A DNA stretch of 64,000 nt from Takakia lepidozioides. Lineage: Eukaryota; Plantae; Bryophyta. Position numbers and translations under genes: made by a program. Below the pieces are notes generated by a model, which ran no database searches, had not been told where the DNA came from, and saw only the letters and a list, made by a program, of their open reading frames with translations. The stretch covers positions 4,960,001-5,024,000 of the forward strand of contig CM060734.1 in assembly GCA_030704615.1 (NCBI GenBank). Reading direction: 5' to 3'. Position 1 is the first letter of the stretch, and the number at the start of each line of letters is the position of its first letter. This document shows, piece after piece, positions 1-10,507 of this stretch.

Positions 1-1480
1 TTGTTTAGTTTAGAGAGGGTTGTTTGCTTTTGGATGGTCCAGGTAAGCGATGGGACTAGTTGGATTCCATGCCTGACCATTGGTTAAAGTGGGAGAGTTT
101 GTCGACCTGGCGGTTGAGATGTTGGGGCTTGTGTGCTAGGATAGCGAGGTCGTCTGCGTAGGCGGCTGCAGATATTTCGTTAGTAGAGGTTTTGTATTGG
201 TATCCTAAGTTGCCTCGGGCAAGCCATCTTAGTAAATATGGTTCAAGGAAGATAATGAAGAGATAGGGGCTCAACGTGTCTCTTGGATGGTGCCGCGTAG
301 GATGGGATTGGGGGGGGGGGGTGGAGCCATAGTAGGAACCAAAATATTCTGTGGTGTTGTTGGTGTAGATGTCACCGATGAGTTGGATGGCGTCGGTGGG
401 GTAACCTAGATCTGACATGATGGCCAGTAATCTAGGGTGGTCTAGAGAGCCGAAGGCGTTTTTGAAGTCGATATAGAGGAGGTAGATGTCTTGTTTGGTA
501 AGTTTAGAGTCTTCGAGGGCGGAGATAACGTATTGTATCTGATGGATTGTGCTTCGTGTGGCTCGGAACCCTTCTTGGGGGTCGCTTAAAATTGGTTTTG
601 TTCTCCGTAATTAGACAGCATCCTTGTTAGGGTACTGGTGAATAATTTATAGATAGTGTTGGTGAGGGCTAATGGTCTGTAATTACTTAGATCCGTTGGG
701 TCATCTTTTTTGAATAATAGAATGGTTCGGCTATGTTTCCAAGAGAGTGGGATACGTTTAAGTAGGTAGCAAAGTTGAAAAAATTGAAAGAGGTGAGAAT
801 GGAACTGGGGGTCAAGTGCTTGTAGGATGGCGTTGGGGATTAGATCCGGGCCCGGGGCTTTTGATTTAGAAAGAGCTTTTAGGCATGAGTTGAATAGGTC
901 CTGGGTAAAGAAGTTAATGATGTGGTCTTCGGGTCGGCCTCGCTTTTCAAGTGAGAAGCCATCAAGATCGTGCCATGCAGGGTAGTGTTTTACTTTACAT
1001 AAACAGTTGTGTTGGTGTAGGTTAGGGTGCAAGCAGTTATTGACCGTGGGTGTGTATGAGTCCGAAGCTTATAGCCAGATTTCATGTCTAATATCCTCAG
1101 GGTGGGTTAACAAATGGCCAAGTCTGTGTTTGATGCAGTCGATAGGTGGATTGATTGTGGGGTTGAAGATGGCTTTGTGAGCTCTTTTGGGGTGATCGTG
1201 TAGTAGCTTTCCAAAGGAAGCGACAATTTTTTTGTGGTTTTCGGTGGCTTTATGCTTTGTGATGGCATATGTAGCTTTTTTGGCATCCCTTCCAATCTTG
1301 GAGAGAGAGGCAATCCACTGGGGGAGAGCAAGCGGATCTGTGGGGGGAGGCACAGATGGTTGATACGTGGGTCGACTTGCCAATTGTTATATGAAGGGGT
1401 TGGGCGTGATAGTGACCTCCGTTGGGGAACCTAGAGTCCATCGAATCTTTGAGGAGGGATTTAAAGAAGCCAGGGGCCAT
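1..1480 (-). mobile_element. Dualen/RandI-like non-LTR retrotransposon, degenerate reverse transcriptase region (runs off the window start)
   Basis: Frameshifted minus-strand ORFs carry RT motifs: SKAPGPDLIPN, NYRPLALTNTIYKLFTS, QEGFRATRST, LYIDFKNAFGSLDHPRLLAIMSDLGYPTDAI, DTLSPYLFIIFLEP-LLRWL, AYADDL. The DLGYPTDAI and FLEP-LLRWL-G-GY blocks resemble algal Dualen/RandI RTs (recognised from memory). Confidence 0.8.
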
Positions 1481-2020
1481 TGAGGGAAGAGAAAGAGTAA
1501 AGTGGAGAGAGGGAGGGATTTGACTAAGGAGGTGAAGACTCCTATTCTAATCACACTTACTCAACAGAATGCAAATAAAGCTGATTTTTGAAAGCGACTC
1601 TTATGTGTAGCTAGAAGGGGATGACAGAAAGCGAGAACTACACCCTAAACTAACCCTGAGAACAATGCTTAAACTTGAAGATTATGGATGAAGCAAAAGA
1701 CGTGATTGATGGAGGAGCTAAAAAATAGGGCGGGGGGGAGGGAGGATAGAGATTTGGCGGCTTCAATGCTTATTGCTAGGGATTCTGGCTGGCTGGAGGA
1801 GATGAAAGAGAAGAAGAAAAGGCAAAGATGAAGTTGATGAACTAAAAACACTATTTTCAGAATGAATGTTGATATCCATTGTTGCTTGAAAAATATATGT
1901 AAAAGAAGCTCCTGAATCACCGTGTAGTCGTGGAACAGCTCACGAACTGTGGTAAGAGAAGATTGGGAAAACATGAGAAGAGAGAACAAAAAACGACCGT
2001 TGTAGCTCCGCCATCGCTCC

Positions 2021-3064
2021 CTTTTTTCTTTTCTTGTGTTTTTTTAATAGGGGGATTGTAGCCCTGATTAACTTTATTATAAATTATAGTGGGGAGAAAA
2101 ATTAAAATCCCGGGTACACCATGAGGCACACACTGTGATCAGTGTTCTACGAACCTTACCTCCTCATGTTGAGGAGCTTGTCTATTTATGAAACCAAAAC
2201 ATGGACCTCATCCCAAGAAACCAGACCAAGTTACCTAATTAAAGAACTGCCTGCCATGCCATCTGTTGGCATTTTCCAAGACTGGCCAGAGTAAGCAAGG
2301 GGCCCTAGAAAGCACCATTGACTTTTCCTCAAATGTAAAGATTTTTCTATAGTTAAGCCGTGAGGCTTTCGAGGATGTTTTGAGATGCTTCCAATTCACG
2401 TCAAACTCAGGGGAAAGAGTGGAGGGGGGCACGGAGGTCTCGCCAAGCTGGTGGAGGGAGGTCGGTCCAGACACATTGATCTTCCGATGGGCTGGAACAG
2501 ATGAAGCCATGGAGTCCCCATGAGTTTTGAAAGGCAGCGTGGATCACTGCTGCATTCATGCTATCCCTGTTAATGTCTGCACAAGTGTCCACCCAGGCTT
2601 TTCTAGCCTCAGCCTGCAGATCATAGAAGATGCTCGCTAGGAAAGCAGAGATCGTGGAAGTATGACTTGTGAACGTGTTTTTACAACGCAGTTTCCACAA
2701 GTGCCACAAGGTAGCTCCTCTAAGGGTTTCAAAAACTGAGCACTTGAGGGCCCTGTTCTTTGAGATAGGATCATAGTTCAAAAAAATGTCGGTCGCTGAA
2801 AGGAGTCTTGGGTTCCAGTGACTGTAAAATACCTTTACCAGGGGCCAGATTTTGGCAAGGGCTTGACAGTAGATCATACTATGTTCTATTGATTCCAGTA
2901 TAGCAGAGGAACAGTAGGCACACAGGATAGCACCTTAACCACTCCCCGACCTTTAAAACCCTGTTGACAATCTGCCAAAGGAAAGCAACAATCTTTGCCG
3001 ACCGTTTTTTGATCCAAACTGATCCCCAAATGGTGTTCCAGTTCTCATCACAGAAGCCATGGAT
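2021..3064 (-). mobile_element. L1-clade LINE 3' end (zf-RVT/C-terminal region of ORF2, 3' UTR, degenerate poly(A))
   Basis: ORF pieces KIVAFLWQIVNRVLKVG and FETLRGATLWHLWKLRC are homologous to 50321-50881. A T-rich tract at ~2021-2045 is the poly(A) tail. Confidence 0.85.
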
Positions 3065-3842
3065 AATAGCAAAGTGGGCAATGACATGGAGATCTCCTAA
3101 ACTGTAGGTCTTTGGATACATTGGGGATTGCAGTGGACACTGGAGGTCACACTTGGGCCTCTACATCGGAGATGCACTTGGATACATGAATAGAAGATTG
3201 CACTTGGGCTTAGATTTCAATTTTTCATACATGGGCCAACCGCATAGGCTACACTAGAGGTCGCACTTGGGCCTCAACATAAGAGACGCACTGGGATACA
3301 TAAGAAACTGCACTTGGTCTTAAATGACAGTGGACACTTGGGCATCTACATGGGAGATGCACTTGGATACATAAAAGATTGCACACCGGGCTTAGATGGG
3401 CCTCGACATAGGAGACGCACATGGGAGAAGTCATTGGATACATAAGAGACGTACTTGGATACATAGGAGATTACACTTGGGCTTAAATGACAGAGGACAC
3501 TTGGGCCTCTACACGGGAGATGTACTTGGATACATAAAAGATTGCACTTGGGCTTAGATGGGCCTCGACATAGGAGACGCACTAGGATACATAGGAAATT
3601 GCACTTGGTCTTAGATTTCAATTATTCACACATGGGCCAACGGCATAAGCTACCGTAGAGGTCAACTTGGGCCTCGACATGGGCCTCGACATAGGAGACG
3701 CATTTGGATACATAGGAGATTGCACATGGGCTTAGATGACCCTGGACACTTAGGCCAACGACACAGGCTACCCTAGTCAACATATGAAGCGAGACGTTTG
3801 TTTTGTTTTGTTTTGTTATGTTTTGTTTTGTAGCGTCGTTGA
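3065..3842 (-). repeat. Modular satellite, inverted copy of the 6396-9110 array
   Basis: 3066-3230 is the near-exact reverse complement of ~8581-8748. It shares the CCCAAGTGCAATC/TATGTATCC modules and the (CAAAA)n module. Confidence 0.9.
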
Positions 3843-4590
3843 TGTCTTCTTCTTAGATAGGCGGTTGAGCTCCTGGAGCAGCTTCTTCAACAAGAAGCCC
3901 GCCCAATTAACGATTTGCTCGTTGAGGCAGATCAATACCTGTTCCACCAGCTCCTTAGTGCAGTAGTTGTGGTTTTGCCTAAGGCAAAGCAATGCACTTA
4001 GTACTGGACTGATCCTCTTGAAGCCCGGATCTTTGTTGTCTTTGCAGATGTACCCTTGGTCGGGTTGTGTGATGGTTTCAAACAGATCTGCCAGAACAAA
4101 CCTTTGAGGTTTGTTGATGTGTGCCGGGCGTCCTGGCTGGGAAGATGAAAGACCTCCGCCAAGTATGTCTCGGTCAAGAGAATTTGTGTGTCGCGGATGC
4201 GCGTAGTTCAATTGGTGGTGTTTTAATTCTCCAAAAATTCCCTGCACAGGTCGTCGTGTTTGAGGTTCAGTCCAGGGTATTGATGAAGAACCATAGGCCA
4301 AGACTCTCTAGTGTTGTCTGCGTCTCTGCATCTCCGTCGAGTTTCCTCAAGGCTGTGCTGATCTTGAAGACAACTCCTACAAAGGGTCCCTATGTCTTCC
4401 GCTTGGTGCCTGCCATTTCTCTTAGTCGTGCTATTGCTGCAAGGAATTGAAGAGTCAATCCCTGTATCAACAGCAGTATAAAGCACACTGGAAATTGCGT
4501 AGACAGCAATTGCCAGTTCGCGGAAGGAGAAGTGTTGGAGGCTCTTCTGGGTTTAAGTAGGGGCTCTGCCCTTTGAGTTCCCAATTGCAC
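3843..4590 (-). pseudogene. Frameshifted TE-associated ORF with an NWAxF...L..EL motif (putative plant transposon/retrotransposon accessory protein)
   Basis: ORFs 4390-4590, 4223-4486 and 3816-4301 overlap in different frames. Motif IVNWAGFLLKKLLQEL resembles LNWAEFVCGKIHEEL at 35030-35864. Confidence 0.5.
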
Positions 4591-4914
4591 CTCCCTAGAG
4601 GTTCATTTGGATGTAGGCCTGTTGTGTTGTCCCTCTTCCTTTAAAGCGCTGTTAGCTTTAATTGTTCTGCCGGTGGTTACAAAGAAACATTTGGCTTCTG
4701 GTAACGGTTTTGTCTGAACTTCATCCTTCTTTTGGATGATTTATGGAAGCAGCGCTGGAGAAGCTGACTCTTCAGGCAGGACTGGATGCAGTAGACACAG
4801 CCCTGGCCCGTACATGGTTAACTGAGGGACATCCGTTTGAGGTAAAGAAGTGTAATTGACCAGGGTTGCAACAAATCAAAATCCAATTGGCAAAATTGGT
4901 GACAGACATTCATG

Positions 4915-5640
4915 AGGAGAGAGAAGACTCCGGCCGAAGCCGGCGTAACTAAGAGTCACTTCACCTTGCGGCTACTGCCCCCTTTCCGGAGTGGGCCCTA
5001 TAAGTCAGACAGGTGTCATGTGGGAAACCAGGTAGCCGAGGGTAGAGAGGTACCAATGGTACCCCAGGGTACCCTGGGGTACCTAGGGTACCGGTGTAGA
5101 GTTGGATTCTAGCTGCCGTTTGTTGGTAATAATAGTAGTGAGGGATCGGAGGGCGGTGATGGGGATTGCTTTGAAACATTTGTGAATATAGGGGATGGGG
5201 ATTTTGAAGGTGTCATGTAAAGCGTTGATACTGGCATTATGGATGCCGCCTCTAGTTCCGACGGTGATGACGGTTAGTGGGCTGGTGGACCAGCCCCTGC
5301 GGCGAAGTGCAAGGATGAGTAGGGCGTATTTTTGTCGTTTGTCCAAGATTGAATCATTGGGGTATCGATCATGGCAGTATGTAAATTCAATGAAGTGGAG
5401 GGTGAGTTGTGGGGATGGTGCAGTGGGGGGCAGGGTGCTAGTGGGTAGGCCTTGGACAAGTAGAATATCAAGGCAGAGTCTGGCGGGACATGTGCATGGT
5501 GAGCGGGTACATGCACATGGGAGCAGCCATGGTGGTATAGTGTGGTCCGGTGGCCGGCCTTGATAGGTGCCAGCGTTAATGAGTAAGAACCATCTGGTTT
5601 CAGCGCGGCTCAAAAGGAGTTTATGGATGTGCTCTGCCTC
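4915..5640 (-). mobile_element. Dualen/RandI-like LINE 3' end: restriction-like endonuclease (RLE) domain, structured 3' UTR and (TC)n tail
   Basis: LDILL...FIEFTYCHD...KRQKYA...RRRGW...VITVGTRGGI is an RLE-type C-terminus with its stop at 5083. The 3' UTR ends in TCTTCTCTCTCC. Confidence 0.8.
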
Positions 5641-6395
5641 CACATTGGGCTCGCCCCCCACATGGGGGGGAAAACCAAGGTCTAAAATGGTTGGGACCAT
5701 GTGAAACCACAACTCTCTTAGGCTATACCTTCGGGATAAATCTCTCTGATCAACAGAAATTTGGTCCTACACTTGCCAAGCTCAAAAGAAATCTTTCTTT
5801 TTGGGGGTCCAAACACCTTTCAATTACGGGTCGAGTCCTGGCAGCCAATCAAGTTCTCTCAGCAGGCATTGGGTACTATGCCTCTACTTGGAGACCAGAT
5901 TCCAAACAAATCCAGGAGGTCAGAAGACTAATAAGGAACTTTATTTGGGGTGCAGAGAGCTCGGCTCAAAACAAACGTCCCCAAGTATCCCGGTCTCAGA
6001 TTTGTATGCCTAAGAAGAAGGGGGGCCTCGGTGTTTTAGATCTAGAAACTCAGATTTTTGCCCTCTTTGGGAAATGGATCCCTAGGTTTCTAGGGCTAGA
6101 GGGGGGTTGGTGGAAGTGCCTAGTTTACAATCACATTGTCACTTCTTCACCTTTGAAAGTTGCTAGTTGGCAGCCATCTCTTCACTGGATCACCCAAGGA
6201 TTTAATCTCAAAACGATAGGCTCAGCCCTATGGTCAAATATCTGGCTTGCTTGGGGCAAACTGAGGAAATTTTTGGTGAAAGCTCAGCCTGGCAACTTCC
6301 AAGAAATCCTTCGTCAACACCTCTTCCGAAACACCAAATGCCCTGATCCTACTCAGAAGAGCCAGACAAAGCGATGGTCTTCCTAGGATCTTCAA
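5641..6395 (+). mobile_element. L1-clade LINE ORF2 internal fragment (post-RT region)
   Basis: WGSKHLSITGRVLAANQVL and ICMPKKKGGLGV; homologous to 58446-59170. Confidence 0.85.
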
Positions 6396-9110
6396 GGACC
6401 AAAAGCACTTGAAATTCCAAATCTGCCACATGATGGGCCAATCATTGCTCCAAGAAAGCCCACTTTGCTATTTGTTTTTTCGAATTTCCAGCGACCCAAA
6501 GCACTTGAAATCCCATATTTCCCACACCGCTGGTCCAAAAATCATGAGACCAAGCCGGTGCACCCCTCCTCGTCGAGGGCTTTCCAATGGCACCAAGCAC
6601 CGGGGCTAGGGCCCCGCGGTTTGGGCGATCTCAACGACGCTACAAAACAAAACAAAACAAAACAAACGTCTTCGCTTCATATATTGACTAGGGTAGCCTG
6701 TGCCGTTGGCCCAAGTGTCCAGTGTCATCTATGTCCAAGTGCAATCCCCTATGTATCCAAAGACCCCACTGTTTGGGAGATCTAGGGTAGCTTGTGTCAT
6801 TGGCCTATGTGTGAAGAATTGAAAATCTAAGCCCAAGTGTTATCTCCTATGTATCCATGTGCGTCTCCCATGTAGAGGCCAAAGTACGACCTCCATTGTC
6901 CAATGTCACCTAAGTCCAAGTGCAATCCGAAAGCCCACTGCAATCTCCCTTGTCGAGGCCTCATATATTGATATATGCACTTTGCTATTTTTGTGAATTT
7001 TCAGTGACCAAAAACACTTGAAATTCCAAATCTCCCACATGAAGGGCCAATCACTGCTCCAGGAAAGCCCACTTTGCTATTTTTCGCGAATTTCCTCCTC
7101 TAGGGTAGCTTGTGCCGTTGGCCCAAGTGTCCAATGTCATCTAAGTAAGTTTTTTTTTCCACAGAGCCTACGACCAGATTTGAACCGGAGACCTTTCCCT
7201 TGATATCTCTCCTGTCGAGGCTCCAACCATTGTCCCATGAATGCCCACTTTGCCATTTTTGCTATTTTTTGTGAATTTCCAGCGACCAAAAGTACTTGGA
7301 ATTCCACATCTCCCTCACCGTTGGTCCAAAAATCATGAGACCAAGCCCGTGCACCCGTCCTCATCGAGGGCTTTCCAACGGCACCAAGCACCCGCGCTGG
7401 GCCCCGTGGTTTGGGCGATCTCAACGACGCTACAAAACAAAACAAAACCAAACGTCTCGCTTCATATATTGACTAGCGTAGCCTATGCCGTTGGCCCAAG
7501 TGTCCAGTCTCATCTAAGTCCAAGTGCAATCCCCTATGTATCTAGAGACCCTCCGGTTTGGGAGATCTAGGCCTATGGTAGCCTACGCCATTGGCCCATG
7601 TGTTAAGAATTGGAATTTAAGTCCAAGTGCAATCCCCTATGTATTCAAGTAGCGTCTCCTATGTCAAGGCCCATGTGAAGAATTGAAATCTAAGCCCAAG
7701 TCTTATCTATCCAAGTGGGTCTCCTATGTCGAGGCCCAAGTGCGACCTCTAGTGTAGCCTATGCCATTGGCCCATGTGTGAAGAATTGAAAGCCCAAGTG
7801 CAATCTTCTATTCATGTATCCAAGTGCATCTCCCATGTACAGGCCCAAGTCATGTAAGTCCAAGTGCAATCCCATATCTAATCATTTTTTTTTTAGAGAG
7901 CCTACGACCAGATTTGAACCGGAGACCTTTCCCTTGATATCTCCCCCGTCGAGGCTCCAACCATTGTCCAAGAATGCCCACTTTGCAATTTTTCGTGAAT
8001 TTTCAGCGACCCAAAGTACTTGAAATTCCACATCTCCCCCACCGCCGGTCCAAAAATCGTGAGACCAAGCCCGTGCACCCCTCCTCATCGGGGGCTTTCC
8101 AACGGGACCAAACACCAGCGCTGGGGCCTCGCGGTTTAGGACATCTCAACGCTACAAAACAAAACAAAACAAACAAACTGGCTTCCTTCATATATTGACT
8201 AGGGTAGCCTGTGCCATTGGCCCAAGTGTCCAGGGTCATCTAAGCCCATGTGCAATCTCCTATGTATATAAATGCGTCTCCTATGTCGAAGCCCAAGTCG
8301 ACCTCTACAGTAGCTTGTGCCGCTGGCCGATGTGTGAATAATTGAAATCTAAGACCGAGTGCAATTTCGTATGTATCCTAGTGCGTCTCCTATGTCGAGG
8401 CCCATCTAAGCCCAAGTGCAATCTTTTATGTATCGAAGTGCATCTCCCGTGTAGAGGCCCAAGTGTCCACTGTCATTTAAACCCAAGTGGAATCTCCTAT
8501 GTATCCAATGACATCTCCCATGTGCGTCTCCTATGTCGAGGCCCATCTAAGCCCATCTAGTGTAGCCTATGCTGTTGGCCCATGTGTGGAAAATTGAAAT
8601 CTAAGCCCAAGTACAATCTACTATTCATGTATCCAAGTGCATCTCCCATGTAGAGGCCCAAGTGTGACCTCCAGTGTCCACTGCAATCCCCAGTGTATCC
8701 AAAGACCTACGGTTTGGGAGATCTCTATGTCATTGCCCACTTTGCTATTTTTGAAATCTCTTGTCGAGGCTTCATATATTGATATATTCACTTTGCTATT
8801 TTTTTTTGCAAATTTCCAGCGACCAAAAGTATCTGAAATTCCAAATCTCCCACATGGAGGGCCAATCATTGCTCCAGGAAAACCCACTTTGCTATTTTTC
8901 TCGAATTTCCAATGACCCAAAGCACTTGAAATTCCAGATCTCCCACACCACTAGTCCAAAAATCATGAGACCAAGCCGGGGCACCCCTCCTCACTGAGGG
9001 CTTTCCAACGACACCAAGCACCCGCGTTGGGCCCCGCGGTTTGGGAGATCTCAACGACGCTATAAAACAAAACAAATCAAAACAAAACAAACGTCTCGCT
9101 TCATATATTG
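6396..9110 (+). repeat. Complex modular tandem array, ~0.7-0.9 kb higher-order period, ~4 units
   Basis: The block CCAAAAATCRTGAGACCAAGCC...TCAACG(ACG)CTAYAAAAC(AAAAC)n...CTTCATATATTG recurs at ~6536, ~7326, ~8050 and ~8956. The copies are separated by shuffled short modules. Confidence 0.9.
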
Positions 9111-10507
9111 GGACGTGCACCGTCATATGGAGGTTTGTTGGCATGCCACATTAGCGTACTGGATAGTCATTTAAGGTTAGTTGATGTCCATTTAAGGTTA
9201 ATGTTAATTTCATAATTAGCCTATCTTTATGTCTATTTCAAGACAACGTAGATTTATAATTGGATAGCATAGTAACCATAATAGGATGAATGTTGTTCAC
9301 TTCTGGGGGGCCTATGTGTCAGAAAAAGGTATCTATGAGTCCAAACTTTGGAAAATCATATCAATTTCAAGTTTCAATTATAATTCATGAAACCACTTTT
9401 TCATTTCCTAATCCATGAAAATTATGTCCATTTTCCTCCACTCATTCTAACCATGAGCACTAGGTAAACTGTCCATGTAAGGTTCATCTCCCTTATTAGA
9501 GTGTTTTGGTGGCAAATGGAAGGTGGTGTTAGTGCTGGCAGGGAGAACGTGTTTGTGGTGGGGTGTCTACTTGAGGAAGATTAAGAAAAAGCGTCAATGG
9601 CTTGGTTTAAGGGCAGATAGGCAGGCGTAGTTACTAGACTCGAAAACAGAGAGGTGGGAAGATCAGGCTTGACAGAGAAGAGAGAGAGAGAGAGTCAGTC
9701 GTCGGCTTCCTCTGGCCTCCGATCTGCACAGCCATGGACACCCTTACTCTCGCACAAGACGGAAGCAAGCTGGGACGCAAGCTGGGACAGCCGGCTCAGA
9801 TGTGGGTCGTCTGCACCCCCTTGGGCCTATGGGGGTTGCGGATGGAATAGGGCAGTGATGGCCGTCTTGGGGCGGAAAGGAAGCGGCAGGGTAGATGTGT
9901 AGAGGATTCCGTTCTTGTGGCGCCGAGAAGTCTCCCTGGTCTCTCCTTTCCCCGTCTCACCCTTTTGTTGGGTTTTCTGCCTGTAGATCTCTGCTTGTTT
10001 CTGCACTCTCCTCATTCCACATCATGTCCCGTACTTTCTAGTCCTACCGGCTTTGGCCTCGCACAGGAGTATCTAGCACTGGGATTAGACGTTCTCTGCA
10101 CCAAGAGAGAGCCAAAGGCCGACGGGAGAGAAGATTGTGTGTTGGGAAAGAGCAGTGAGGGGAAGGAGACCCTTGTTAGGTGCACTGTAGGGTCTTTACA
10201 GCCACATATTAATGGTGCAATGGGATGTAACCTGTGTGAACTAGCTCCCTTACAAGACAGCTGGTAGCAGCAGAAGAGAGGAAGAAATGGGCGAGTGCGT
10301 TGGACAGCGAAGGATCTAGAAAGTTGTTACAAAAAATCTCAGTCGGTGATGTCCAAACATTGTTGGAAGGCGGAAGGGGGCGGTGGGTTGAGGTCGCAGA
10401 GAGAGATCTGTCGGGTTCTTCAGAGTGGTCGGTGTTTCTCAATGAGGGCATTTGGGCCAAAGAGTCTGGGCTGTATTGTGTGTTTTCTTCAGTCAGTTTA
10501 AGGTAAT

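Noticed and set aside
4915-5004. Known self-cleaving ribozyme (HDV, hammerhead, twister, hairpin)
   Set aside because: There is no CUGANGA/GAAA core, no HDV nested pseudoknot pairing and no twister or hairpin consensus by eye. It is kept as an unclassified structure.
3065-9110. CRISPR-like array or a Foldback element with long TIRs
   Set aside because: The context is eukaryotic, with no constant repeat/unique spacer pattern and no cas genes. The inverted arrangement is better explained by an inversion, and no TSD was found.
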